From NCBI RefSeq assembly GCF_009834535.1, contig NC_045696.1:104844001-104908000 (forward strand): a DNA stretch of 64,000 bases, in the 5' to 3' direction. The position numbers and the translations under genes were made by a program. Source of the DNA: Camelus ferus (lineage: Eukaryota). This document shows, one piece after another, positions 1 to 12,730 of this stretch (its first letter is position 1; each line of letters opens with the position of its first letter). A model generated the notes under the pieces. The model did not search any database, was not told the DNA's origin, and saw only the letters and a program-made list of their open reading frames with translations.

Positions 1-889
1 ATGGTACTACCATTCTTGCAATGTATACTCTAATCATGCCAATATTTTGAAATTTCTGAATATTCCGGGTATTACCGTATCTCCCTGCTTGCCCCAGGCT
101 GCTTTCTTGAACTCTTTCTCATGCTACAAAGAACTCACCTCACCTGGTTAACCCCAAACTCACTTCTTCTGACACTCTCCCATCTCTGGTTGGGTTAGGT
201 GTTACTTTTGGAGACCCCATGGAACTTAATGATGATCTTTATGTAAGCCTCATCTTATTGTGCAGGTGCATTTGCTTTTTTTTTGTTTTCTTTGAAAGTA
301 CGTTCTTCAAAAACAGGGGTCTATCTTCTTCACTCCTTTACCCATAACACAACCACCCAGCTCAGGGATGACTGTTTGGATGAAGTCTTGGGCAGGTATA
401 AGGGTGGACTCATGCTGAGAGAACGATTCTCGGAGGTAGAATGATTCTTCCAATGCAGGACACTGGGAGTCAGCTATAAAGGCAAGGGATATTATAAATT
501 TACCTAGAATCCTCAAAATATAAATTAAGTTAAAAGCATGACCATAATCTACATTTTTAATTGCTAATGGGCTCATTTGCCTGATCTTTGACCTTATGCC
601 TATCTGGATTCTGTCTTCATCTCAATGACCTGTCCCTTAACCTCCTGGAGGAACTTAATCTAATGTCTAAGTCTTCTTTCTACCTCCTTCTCTTAAACTC
701 TACAAAGGTAAAATGGATATATCACAACTCCAATGTGCTTAATTTTCAATGACCCTGATTCCTGATCCCGAACTTTACTCCAGCTCCCAAATCCTGTCTC
801 AGACATCAGCAGTGATCCTCTTCCTTCTGTTAAAAAATTTTTCTCTACCAGACAAAAGGTCTCCAAACTACCTTTCACAAGAGCAATGA

Positions 890-1110
890 TAGGGGTTCAA
901 ATTCAGGTTGTGCCATTTGCTGAGCAATCTCAGGCAAGATATTCAAGTTCTCTAAACCATAGAGATATTTTTAAGTCTCTAAGCTATCCAAGTGTTCTCG
1001 TTTGTAAAATGGAGGTGATCACAGTGCCGACCTGAAAAGGTGGTCCTGAGGAGTAAATGAGAGAATGAGTCAGAAGCTCTTAGAACTGCACGTGATATAC
1101 AATGCCACTT
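890..1110 (+). mobile_element. MIR SINE fragment
   Basis: MIR core-like 'tctcgtttgtaaaatggaggtgatcacagtgccgacct...gaggagtaaatgagagaatg'. Confidence 0.7.
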
Positions 1111-1399
1111 ACTCTGTCCCCAGGATCTGTCAGAGACAGCTGTGCAGTAACAAAGAATGAGAGAAATGCCTAAAGATCAGGCCCTGGCAAAAGTCTTGAA
1201 TTGTAGGAAATGAGAAGCCATGGATCCAAAAAATACATAAGATACGCAGTGATATCCAAGAAAACATCTTAAAGAGATTGTTTATAAGTCCTTAGAAAAT
1301 AAAACAGTAATCCTGAAGACCCAAAATGGACTCATTAACGGCAAATACACCAAGTTAACCTTAATTTTTTATTGGATTGGTGGTCAGAGGTATGCATTA

Positions 1400-1660
1400 A
1401 TAATTACAATAATAGCAAATACTTACAGTGTGTTTTCTATGTGCCCAGGAACCAGTCAAAATGCTTTACACATTTGATTCAGTTCATGGGAAAGCCCTAT
1501 GAGGTAGGTGCTGTCAGTCTCTTCAATTTACTGATGAAGATACTGAGGCACAGAGGGTTTAAGTAAGTTGCCTAAGATCATACAACTATAGGAAGTATCA
1601 GACCTAGGATCTGAACTGAGGAAGTGCAGCTCCAGACCCTGTGTTCCATGCACTACACTA
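1400..1660 (-). mobile_element. MIR SINE
   Basis: 'gatgaagatactgaggcacagagggtttaagtaagttgcctaagatcatacaacta' is the reverse-strand MIR core. Confidence 0.85.
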
Positions 1661-1689
1661 ACCTGGCAGACACAGTATCATTTTACTAT

Positions 1690-1845
1690 CACATTCCCAT
1701 AGCAGACATCACTAATCAATCCCAGCATTCAGCATCACTGAACAGAGATACAGCCTCAACATTCCTCTTAAGATAGTACTTTAGAGGGACCACACCTAAC
1801 CAGAGGGCATGGTCACACCAGAATAAATCCCTTTGCCATTCCTGC
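1690..1845. mobile_element. hAT-Charlie MER102-like DNA transposon fragment
   Basis: 'gcagacatcactaatcaatc...cagcctca...tttgccattcctg' resembles the MER102 terminal region (from memory). Confidence 0.55.
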
Positions 1846-2984
1846 CATTGGCATAACATATCCAAGTGTCCACAGGATACTCAGCAAAGTCTATCAAGAT
1901 AGTCTTATGAATTAAGTGAGGGAAAAGCCCCAAGACAGATTTGCAGTTGGTTGAACACATCTAAAAACTTCATACATATCACTAGTGGGTCAATGCTCAC
2001 CTCACGGGATCTCCAGGTGTTACCAACAAATGATCTTTAACTGGTTCTACACAACATGACTGATCAAGGACTTGTACAAAGGGCAAAAGCACAGGATCTG
2101 GCAAATACACAGTGAGTCACACAGGAGATCATAGTTCAAAACCCCCTCTGAGGCTGAAAATCCTAGGGTGTCCGTAGGAGCCAAGTTTTCAGTCTCTAGA
2201 CATAGTTCTATTAAGCCTATATCCACCCAGGCTTGTGTGAGATCCTGAGAGCAGCAATGGAGGGAGGAGCCCAAGATGGAGCAGAGTCAGGATGCTGACA
2301 GCCAGGTGTATCGAAGTGACACCTGAGACTGGCCAGTTGGACCCCAGCACCCAGCCAGAGACCACTGGTCATGTTAACTCTCTGGGTATGTTGCCCCCAG
2401 AGAACTTGGATTCTTGTGAAAGGTGTTCACAGCCCAACTGACTCTTCCCCACTTCAAGGTGAGGGTGATCCCAGGAGGTAGGATGGTGAGCCACGTCCCT
2501 AGAGTGTGGTGAGAACATCAGCTCATCCCACAGCCCAACCTGCATAGATGTGATAAGGAAAGTAAGTGGATCTAATGCTGGTCAGAAGGACCATGCCTGG
2601 GAGATAGGGATGCTTCCCAGGAACTGGCAGGAAAAGGCTCCTTGTGCAAAGAGCAAAACAAAATGCTCTGATCCACCATTTTTCTCTCAGTGCAACAATG
2701 CAACAGCAGTGACATCCATCTGTTTGTTGATTTCTTTTCTGTAAGGCAGGAAATGATGTGTCCACAGAGACCCTGGATGAATAATGTATAACATTTGCAA
2801 ATAGAATCAACCCTCAATTAACTATACTGGATGGAGGGAGGCTGCAAGAATCCAAAATATCTGACAATCCAAGAAAAATTCTGTTCCTCTTTGGAAATGC
2901 TAGAGAGGTAAATGGTGGGAGATTTAGCCACACACTCTGGAAACAAACTTGTGGATTACACACACTGTGTATAATTGCACTCAC

Positions 2985-3055
2985 ACTCACATATACATAC
3001 CTATATGCATGCATATGTGTGTACACACACACACACACACACATACGCACACACA
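2985..3055. repeat. (CA)n / alternating purine-pyrimidine microsatellite
   Basis: 'gtacacacacacacacacacacatacgcacacac' with flanking TA/TG repeats. Confidence 0.95.
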
Positions 3056-4082
3056 AAGAGGTTGGTTGAGTCCCAATTCAAAGAGTAACAGAGCTTCATC
3101 AGGAGGGTACTTCATTCCCTGTCATTGGAGGCAGGTAGGCAGGGGTAGTATTGCTGATGTTGGAGGGGGAATTCAAGGATTTGATGGGAGGACTGCCTTT
3201 AGGTTTCCCTAAAGCCCCTAAAACTTCTGCATCTGGAATTTGCTCCAGTTCTGCAATAGCTTGTATCCTCCAACAGTGTGCCCTGCCCCTGCACTGTGTA
3301 GTATATCAGAGAACCCTCAAATACTGTCTCCTTGAACCTGTGATTTGGGTAAAAGAACCATAAAACAGCAGCATATTCTACTGCAGTTGTCTGTAGGCTT
3401 TGTTTCTGACAGACGTTGGCAGACTCTCAGCTCCTGCAGGAAATGAGATTTTTGTCAGACTGCTGGACTGCATATGAATGCATATTCATCCACGTACACC
3501 CCTACTCCTCACCTTAGCGAATGCCCCCCTACTGCTCACCTTAGCAAAAGCCCAAGGATATTACAGGACTTGCCAGGGCTCACAGAACTGGTTAAGGGCT
3601 TCGCTGAACAGACACCCCATCTTTCCATTTCCTTTCTGATACTCCAGCCACTTCCTTGGGCTGGCAAGAAAGGAGGCTGTGCTTATTTATTTAATAGGAT
3701 CCTGACCCCAGACACATACCTCTCCATCTTTTGGTCACCAGCACAGGGCAGTGGTGCGGCAAGCATGTGTTGGTGCCTCTTGGAAGGCAGACAGGAAGAT
3801 GCACACATGCCCAGTTTGCCACAAGAAAGGCAAGGAGCACAGTAGATACACGGACTCACTGGTGTTTGGCCTCCCATTCCTCCGGGGTTCCACATAGCAT
3901 CAGGAAATGTCTACAGTCCCAGACCAAGGGAGCCTATTTCTCCTCTTTGGTAAGAGCCTTCTAAAGGTAACGACGAGTGTCTCCTACTGATCTCTAGTTC
4001 ATGTGTCACTTCAAGAACATAAGTATCAAGAGTTCATCTTTGATGGTTAGTAAATGGAGGCAGAGGATCAAAGTCCACTATT

Positions 4083-4235
4083 AAAAAAGGAAGAAAGAGA
4101 GAGAGAGAAAGGAAGGAAGGAAGAAAAAGAAACAGAGAGAAAGAGAGAGGAAGGAAGGGAGGGAGGAAGGAAGGAGGAGGGAGGGAGGGAGGAAGGAAGG
4201 AAGGAAGAAAGGAAGAAAGGAAGAAAGAAAAGGAA
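4083..4235. repeat. GA-rich polypurine tract, (GGAA)n/(GA)n
   Basis: ~153 bp of purines with a single C at 4133. Confidence 0.95.
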
Positions 4236-4649
4236 TCTTCAAGAATGATCACTGAGCTCAGACTCGCAGACGCTGATATGTTTTTCCTCCTGTTTATTAC
4301 CCATGGCTGTGTCCTGCACACAGATGCCTCTTAGGCAGTGTGGCCACCAGAACTGGGTAGCATCACTGTGCTGAGGGAGGACTCCTGAGGACAGCTGGGC
4401 TAAAACCAAGCGGATGGGAAATCCTACACTGAAAACACAAACTCATCATGTACTACTCAACACAAGAGCCAGGGTCTGCCCACAGAGATACAAAGACACT
4501 CAGGATCAAGGGGTTCAGGGGTGAGGGAAAATTGGAGGGACCAAGCATTGGCTATAGGTTGGAGTGGAAAAGAAAGGAAGCTATCTGGAGGTCTCTGAAT
4601 GGCCAGGGTTGCTGTTTCAAAAGGTCTGATTTAATTCTTTCAATCATTA

Positions 4650-5110
4650 ATTCATCCAACCATCTATTAATTCATTCATCCATTCATCCATCTTTTCAGC
4701 CATTTATCTGACACAAATTAGTCAAATAGCAACATAGTAGATTTGCCAGGATGCTAGGTCCTGGGCATAGGGTGGTGATCAAATTAGAGCTTACAATCTT
4801 GAAAAGGAGACACAAAGCTTACCACAGAGCTTACAATCTTGAAAAGGAGACACAAAATAGTCAAATCCTCCATCACATAAGCAGATCAGTAAAAACTGTG
4901 ATAAATGCTATAACAGAAGAATTTGAGAAGTCACAAGTGCTTATAAAAATGACTCCGATATAATGTTCAGTGATCAAAAGGATTTCCTGTGGAAGTAAAA
5001 TTTTAGCTAAGACCTAATGGAGTTTAATAGTCCAAAGGAGGGAAAAGACTGATCCAGGGAAGAGGAAATAGCATGTGCAAAGGCCCTAGGGTGGAAACAA
5101 ATATGTTGTC
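4650..5110 (-). mobile_element. L2 LINE 3' fragment
   Basis: 'attcattcatccattcatcc' L2 tail plus 'agaggaaatagcatgtgcaaaggccctagg'. Confidence 0.75.
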
Positions 5111-7306
5111 CAAATGCTACACCAGTTTTGGAAAATGCACCCATTTCCTGCATGCTCCTGATGGCAAGCCCTGTGCCTGCTACTGAGACAAATACGGGGA
5201 ATGCATAGAAGATATAGCCTGGGTGTAAGTTCACTGCGACCAGGGGGCCATGTCCAGTTCTCCCTCTTATCTCCAGCACCTAACATAGCCCCTGGCAAAG
5301 GTCAAGCCCCAGAATGAGTAATCAGTAGAAAGATACGGTAGATCATGAGAAGGTTCATGGATTGAGTTAAAGCGATTAGAAGTAGTGCAGAAGACTGACA
5401 ACAGCACTTTGGAAAGAGGATGGTGGCAAGGCTTAAAGGCAGTCACACAGGTGAGGTAGGATAGGGGCCAGGAAGCCACTTGTCTACCTGGAGTTGGGTG
5501 TGTAGACGCATTAGACTGCAATGAGAGGCTTGAAAAAGTAAACAGGGGTCAAGTTCTGGAGGATCTTAAGATCCAGGGTGAACCTAATTCATTCTGATCC
5601 CAGAGAGGAAGCAGAATGGAGATGCCCATTTCAAGGATGCACTTCCCAGACACTGTCTGCCACCTGCAAAGCCAAGCCTGGAAGGATAGCCCACCCCAAC
5701 CCCACCCTCCTTTCTCAATAGGTAAGCCCCAGTGCGAAAAGCAATGCCCATCCCCATCATTCCCTCTGCCAGCCCTCCAGATACTGCACACAGCCCTCTG
5801 AAGTCAAGGAGTAGGAGAAAAGGCAAAGAAAAATCAGCCACAGGAGAGGAGCGTACAACCATCAAATAAGGAGAAAGATCACAGTCAAGGATTAACATTC
5901 CTGCATTACTCACCCACTCTTGGGCACAGAACAATGCTCGCAGGCCTCTCCCTAGACACCCACCTGCAGGGAGTCTGGCCTGTACTTGGCCCCCACCTGC
6001 TGCTCCAGTTAAAGAGCTTTCTTCTAATAGGCTTTTTGTCTCCAAACAGCTAGGGAGAAATGCCCTGCATGACACCAACTCCAGGCAGGTCAATAGTGGT
6101 GAGCAACAGAGGGAGTTCCAGTTAGCTAAATGAATCCACCAGTAGATAGTTTTATCTGCATTTTCTATAAAAAAAAAAATAATAATAAACAAGTAAGCTA
6201 AATCCAGAGGGGTTTAGCAACTTGCTGAAAGTCAAATGGCTATTAAGTTGCAGAGCTTGATCATTTACCTCCAAGCACTCTTTGATCTTTAGAGCAGAAT
6301 GATGGTTAAATCCAGAAGATCAAAATGAGCAAAGCTCTTATCTCTATACAGTCTTGGAGGCTTCCTCTCTGAAGTGTTCAGAAGTGCTGCTATAGGAGGT
6401 AGGGGGTGGCATGGTATTGGGGCAGCTTGGAAAAGGGAAGGGGAAAGAGACAGGTGACTGGAAGGGGAGTGGGGGAGGCGGAGGGGGCCAGGGAAGGGGG
6501 CTGAGGAATTCACTGGTGTGACCTACCAGTGCCTGGGGCTGCAGCGCAAAGCCTCACAAGTTCCTCTCCCCATTCCCTCTTAAATTAAATCAATGTCTCT
6601 GCCTCCCGTCACAGTTTGCATTTTCAATCTGATTCATGGGGAAAGCATTGGCAGGTAATCTTTATCTATTTCAAGTGTTTAACTTTTCACGCAGAATACT
6701 AATGGCAAACAAGAGAAAGGAGAAACATCAACCTTGGCGCCAAGAAACTAATCTTTCAAAACAAAGGAACAAATGAAACGTCCCCACGCTTTCAATACTT
6801 TCATATTCTCTATCTTTTTTTTAGTGTTCATTTTAAGTACTATCTTGACATCGGTGAGGGATTTGCCCTAAGGAAGGAAAATAAACCCAAACTGACAAAT
6901 GCCCCTATGGTATAAAACTTCCCCCTCTGAATGTCCCTGTTCTTGCTGAGCCATCACTTTCTCACACAGCTTCACCTTTTGTTCTATCCTGTTATCAACA
7001 GAAGCATCTCCTTTTCTCTGGGAGGTCCTTTTTCCGCTGAGAAATAGCGTGTTTATGACATCCCTAGGATCGCTGTGTATGTTGTGGAGTTGCAGATGTG
7101 AGAGGTCAGCCAGCCACCACCTCCACTTCAGTGACTCTTTTCCATACATAGCATCCTCGTCATGCTGGAATCAAATCTGTGCTTCGGTAAACTTACTCTG
7201 CAATAAATACCTTTAGCCCTATTGTAGAGATGAGGTTCAAAGAATTAGGTGTCCCATAGCTAATAAAGGACAGAAGTGGACTGAAATCTCCTCCATTATG
7301 TCACCG

Positions 7307-7827
7307 TGAAACCAAGCAAGACCCTGTGGGGCCTTTCCAGGTACAAAGCTTTTCCTTGTCCCCCATTTCTTATTTGTAAGAAAAAGGCTTCAGCCTCCTA
7401 GATCTGAGTTCCAAAGGATAGATTCAAACAGTTACCCATTAGGGAAGTGAGGGAAGACAGAAACAAAAGAAAAGCAGTCAAGAAGTAGTGATAAATCAGG
7501 GTCCTGATTTCTCCTCAAAGGATAAACATTACAATATATCTGAGTTCTTCTACAGGAACTAAGGCTGAGCACAAGAACCCTGGAATCACCGCCCTGTTAC
7601 CTCACCACCAACCAATCAGAAGAAAGTCACACCCCTGCAGCCCTCTCCACAAATTTTGCCTAATAAAAACTCTCTCCTGAAAACCATCGCAGAGTCTGGG
7701 TCTTTGAGCACAAGCTGCCGTACTCCTTACTTGGCCTTTGTAGTAAACCTTTCTCTGCTCCAAACTCAGATGTTTGGGTTTATTTGACCTCACTGTGCAT
7801 TGGCACATAAACTTGGGTTTGACAGCA
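7307..7827 (+). mobile_element. solo ERV LTR (ERV1-like)
   Basis: TG...CA termini; 4-bp TSD ACCG (7303-7306) / ACTG (7828-7831) differing by one CpG decay; CCAAT box 'ccaaccaatcag' and 'tagtaaacctttctctgctcc' poly(A)-signal region. Confidence 0.8.
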
Positions 7828-9229
7828 ACTGCATTTAATCCACCTTGCACTCATTTACCTTATTCTTGTGGCAAACCTTGGATGTCACCTTGCACCTGTG
7901 TGGACTTACTTACAGAGCTCCAGCCTCTGGGAGAGCACTGCTTTGAGGGTGTCTGGAGCAATGGCTTCATTGATGGGGGATAAGCAGACACAGCCAAGAA
8001 CTCAAGCTGTAGGTGGAGTGGTACAAGGCTATGAAGGTGGCAGCACTTTGGACAGAGCGGGAACAACTAGAGGAAAGCTGTGGTTGGGGAAGCTGAGGGT
8101 CCTAGGAGACCACAGGAGTCTTGGGCTGGGAGGGCTTTAGTCTTGATGAACAAAGACCCACGGAACAGGGAAAGAAGGTTGAGATGGGATGAGCATGAGC
8201 CCAAACAGGTTCCTGAAGAGATGCAGCTAAGAACCACTGTGGCTCAAAGGAAAAGACTTGGGGCTGGACACCCGGGTGCCATCTTCCAACGTTCATACAG
8301 ATAACGTGTCCTAGGCACCCACGGGTACCAGCCTATGGATACCAGTCACCCATAGGAAGGTCCTGGAGGTTCAGAGCTAAAGAGCAGTTGCACAGTTTGC
8401 AGTTTGGGAATTCACTCTAAAGACTAGTGAAGAGACGTACACCCTACATACAGTGAGTTAAGTGGAGTGATCGCAGAGACCCGACTGTGTCAGAGCAGGT
8501 AAGGAAGGGCACCACTGGGTCTGGGCGGCGAAGAAGGTTCAAAGATGATTTTCCAGGTGCCAGTATCCTCTCCCTCATATGAGGCAGTGGGAAGACCATG
8601 AGACTGGAGTGAGAACCCTGGCCTCACTCCAGCTGTGCACACTTGAGCCTACAGTAAATATTTTGTTCTCAGTCTCCTCATCTGTAAGATGTGGGTAAGA
8701 TGCCTCATCTCACTGAATTGTAAAGATAATGTATATGAACACACCTGCTGCAAAGTAGATAGTCATTCTTCTCTACCAAATAATCAAGAATAATTAAACT
8801 TATATGCCCTGGACCATTGAAAACGTGAAACAGGAAAACCAATATACATTCCTCGGAATTTTTTCTAGTTTTTTTAAAAGTAACTATTTGAACCTCATTT
8901 TGGAAAAAAATCTATATATAGACTCATTCCTCCTTTCCATCCCCCCAGGTAATCTTTTCTATGTCGTCCATGAGTCTGAGCCTTCCGCCTCTACTTGGGT
9001 ATTTCCAAGGCTTATTATTATCCTTTGCAGGGACTTTCTATCTTTTACAGACTTGACCTCACTCCTTAAAATTGATACAAATGTGATTATTGTTCATCAA
9101 CAGACTCAAAAAGTCGAATACATCACACAATTCTTTCTCGGCCTGTGGCTCAGAGGCCATTGGACTGTGTGGCTACAGTGAAGTCGATTCCAAGATGGTG
9201 ATGGCATCAGCAAACCACAACCATGGTTT

Positions 9230-9430
9230 ATCTGCTGAGCAGCTGCTTCCTACCTGGAGCTGTGTTAGACACCTTTACAAATACGGGTGATGCTATCTGA
9301 GCCTCATAACCACCCTGGCTAGGGAGATACACTTAATCCTGTTTTACAGATGATGGAATTGGCCAGTGGTCATAAAGCTAATAACAGGCAGAACCAGGAC
9401 TCAAAAACAGGTCTTTCTATCATCAAAGAT
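9230..9430 (-). mobile_element. MIR SINE
   Basis: 'cctcataaccaccctg...cctgttttacagatgatggaa...ggcagaaccaggactcaaa'. Confidence 0.75.
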
Positions 9431-10719
9431 CACATTCTGCCCCCAGCATCCCCAGAATAGCTCCTCTGTCTGCATATGCATTCATTTCTCAGTTCTCCTT
9501 TTCAGAGACCATGAAAATTCTAGCTTTATTTGACCCAACAGGGCTGCCGTGTCTACCGGAATGTTGGATTTCTTTCCCCCTGAATTTTCTTCAGCTTATA
9601 AACTAAAAGGAAAAACTATCAAGTTCATAACCAGTTCAATAAAAACCATCCTAGAAATAAATGATTGCATTTATTATCATGACTCTGCTAATACCATTGA
9701 TTCCACACTCCCCAACCCAGGCACCATTTCCCTTTTCTTAGCTCTCTTTATAGACCACTAGCAGCAGGAAAGCTCACTGTTAACCCCACAGACAGCACTA
9801 ATAGATCACTGTGCTGTCACTCTCGCCCTCTTTTGTGATGGAGCATAATCATTCCAGGCTGCAGCATAGCTTTTCACCTATCAGTCATCAAGGCCCCCTA
9901 TTGGAGACAATATACTCATTACACAGAGCTCCTCGAGCTGCTGTCGGCTTGCAACTCTGGACTGAAAAGTCACTTCTAATTTTCTAATGCCCCAGCAGTA
10001 TATTGTATCACATTTTGGTTCCATGTTGGCAAAAATACGGGTCAGTTCTATCTCAACCGTCTCCCAGAGACCACAGTGACAGACACTGTGCATTGGACAG
10101 CTCAACATTCTAATTCCCAGTTCTTCAGTCAACCAATCAACCAGCAGATGCTAGTTCAGTGCCTCTGTGCCTACCACCTCACTGAGAAAATAAGATATCA
10201 GTCACAGGAGGGCTGGTCTGAGCTCCTCTTAACCTGGATCCACAGGAGGACCTGGAGGAGGGGAGGGCCCCTGTCGTCTTCCCTCCTTCCCCTCCACCCC
10301 TACAACTCCAAATTAAGGTCCTCAGCTGAGGCTTTGCAGGGGAATTTCTCCACCAATCCCAGCAACTTCTCACAGTTGATTTATTCCCCCTTTAGTTTCA
10401 ACCACTTCCTCTGAGATGGAGCTACCACCTTTCATAATCACAGTCCAATCTGGACTGGATTCCAGGAGAGTCGCATTACATCATCAAACAGTTAAATTCT
10501 GGCAGAGGAGCAAGACAGTGGTTCCAAATGCCGGCAGCTGCAGCTAGGCGGGCACTTGCTATTGGGTGGAAAGACACAGAAAGAAAGGGCTGTGTGGGCT
10601 TTTGCTGGAAGGCCCTTCTAGCTCAGGACATTATTAGCAGGGTCTGCTCCCACTGAGAAGAGAGTGCCTGCCACGTCTCTTACATTTGAAAACTTCTGCA
10701 TGGTACCAACAAAAACAGA

Positions 10720-11190
10720 AATGACTAGAGCAACAGGAACACTGGTGGAACTCACAGGCTCTTGAAGAACTTTGTTTTAAGGAAGGAACCCTGGCCAGGT
10801 CCTGACAGAAGAAAGAAAGAACCTGATGACGTGCAGGAGAGTTCTCTGATGGGAAACTAGACAATCAGCCCAGGATGGCCTGGAACAGATCAGAGGGGAG
10901 GACGTGCTGGCAAAGGATGAACGAAGAGTCAGCAGTTACCAGAGAGCTGCTAGGACAGAACAGGCCAGAGCGAGGACCAGGAACTCAGCTCCGGCTGTGA
11001 ATGTCCGAGAGAACTTCCGGCTGGCACTGAGGATCCCTTAGGCATCATATGCAGTTGATCAGAATGCACTTTCCACTTAAGTTTGCTTCTAATAAGTTTG
11101 CTTCTAATAAGTTTGCTATGCTTTCCATTGCATTGAGAGAATTTGGCCTTTTCCAGTCATCTTAGAGTTCGTTGTCCTTGTAAGTGCAGA
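10720..11190 (+). mobile_element. probable old LTR fragment
   Basis: LTR-like layout with a purine-rich U3 and a degenerate AATAA signal inside a 15-bp tandem repeat; family not identified. Confidence 0.35.
11078..11117. repeat. 15-bp tandem repeat TAAGTTTGCTTCTAA x2.7
   Basis: units at 11078-11092, 11093-11107 and partial 11108-11117. Confidence 0.95.
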
Positions 11191-12098
11191 TGTGGAAAAG
11201 GTAATTCAAGCATTAAGTACTGGGGAGCCAGAGTGGAGAGAAAGGAGGCGTGACCAGCAGCTCCAGAGTATGGTGCCTGGCTGGGCCTGGCTGGCTGGGC
11301 AGAGCATCGCCCTGGAAAGCAGCTCTGTGCAAGGCAGTGTTCAGAGCCATGAACCCACAGATGCAGAAACTATGGTCTCCATTTTCATGGTGTTCTCCCC
11401 TTTCAAGATGTCCCTGGTTAAATTGAGAGCTATAAAAATACAGAAAACAATTCACATTGCATAATCTGTTAAGTGTCAAATAAATCATGCAGGCATTCAC
11501 TGCTGCTGATCACAAGAAGTACAAGGGGGCTCAGGGAAGACTTCGGAGAGAAGCCTGGCCTGAAAGGGTAGGAGAAGCCATCACTGATGAGAGGACAGTC
11601 ACTGACCACACAGTGCAGGTCCACAAAAGCCCCATGAGAACGGGGATGTTAACCTGCTTCACTCACTGAGGTATCCCTAATGCCTAGAAGAGCCCCCAGA
11701 ACATAGCACTCCATAAATATCTGTTAAGTGCATGAATGAAATAATACTTACTGAGCTCCCACTAGGTCCCAGGCATTGGAGTTGTAAAGATTAAAAAGAA
11801 TCCTTCCACTCAAGTGGCTTCCATTCCAGTGGAAGAGATGGGAGAGGAAGCAAATGATTCCAATTTAGAGTGTCAGGTGCCACCCTGAAGCTGTGCTCAG
11901 GCCATGCATAACCACCGGGCCTGGGAGTATTCATCTAGTTTGTCTGTTACATTACATATTGGGAATAAAAGACAGAGACCCTTCACATTTGAACCATGTG
12001 AGTGAGAGCATAATAGGTTCAGTTCAAGTGGAACGCTCTTAGGCAAAGCAGATCAAAAGCATTAAAAAGAAGGGCCTAGCATGGAATCCAGTAATTCT

Positions 12099-12299
12099 CT
12101 TTTTTAAAAATTTATTTTTATTGAAGTATAGTTGATTTACAATGTTGTGTTAGTGTCAGGTCCCTCCTGCCCCATACACATAATGATTCCGTTTATATAT
12201 ATATGAATATGATATCTATTCGTTTCCACATTCTTTTCCATTATAGGTTATTACAGGATATTGAATATAGTTCCCTGTCCTATACAGTAGGTTCTTGTT
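12099..12299 (-). mobile_element. 5'-truncated L1 3' end nested in an older L1
   Basis: T-tail plus 'ttgaagtatagttgatttacaatgttgtgttag'; TSD GAATCCAGTAATTCT (12084-12098) / GAATCCAACAATTCT (12300-12314). Confidence 0.9.
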
Positions 12300-12730
12300 G
12301 AATCCAACAATTCTTCTAGGGATTTATCCCAGGGTTAGAAAGATTAAACGTGTACATATCAAATTAACTCTAAGGTTGTTTATTGCAACACTGTTTATAG
12401 CAGAAAGAAAAAGAACCCAACAATATAATACTGGTTAAATAAATGCAGTACATTCAGACAATGAAATACAATGCAGCCATCAACACACTATATCAGAATA
12501 TTTATTGACACAGAAATATATCTCCAAAATACAGTTACTTGTAAATGTAAGATTCAAAGAAAATGCACACAGTAAGATTCATTTTTTACAAGTGTATGTT
12601 TTCCTTGAGAAGTCTGAAAAATGCACAAGAAAGTGAAAGTGATGATCCGTGAGTGATGAAATTTTAGGAGATTTATCCAGAGTGAACATACATTGCTTCT
12701 GTATAAGGGAAAAACTTATTTTAATAAAAA
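12300..12730 (+). mobile_element. ancient L1 (L1M) 3' region
   Basis: 'ggttgtttattgcaacactgtttatagcag...ggttaaataaat...aatgaaatacaatgcagccat'. Confidence 0.75.

Noticed and set aside
4034..4321. Charged or low-complexity ORFs on both strands
   Set aside because: Translation of the GA-rich microsatellite.
4786..4856. CRISPR-like direct repeat
   Set aside because: Only two copies with a 9-nt spacer, in eukaryotic DNA, with no cas genes.
10441..10457. 7-bp perfect inverted repeat CAGTCCA-ATC-TGGACTG
   Set aside because: Too short for a miRNA precursor and expected by chance in 64 kb.
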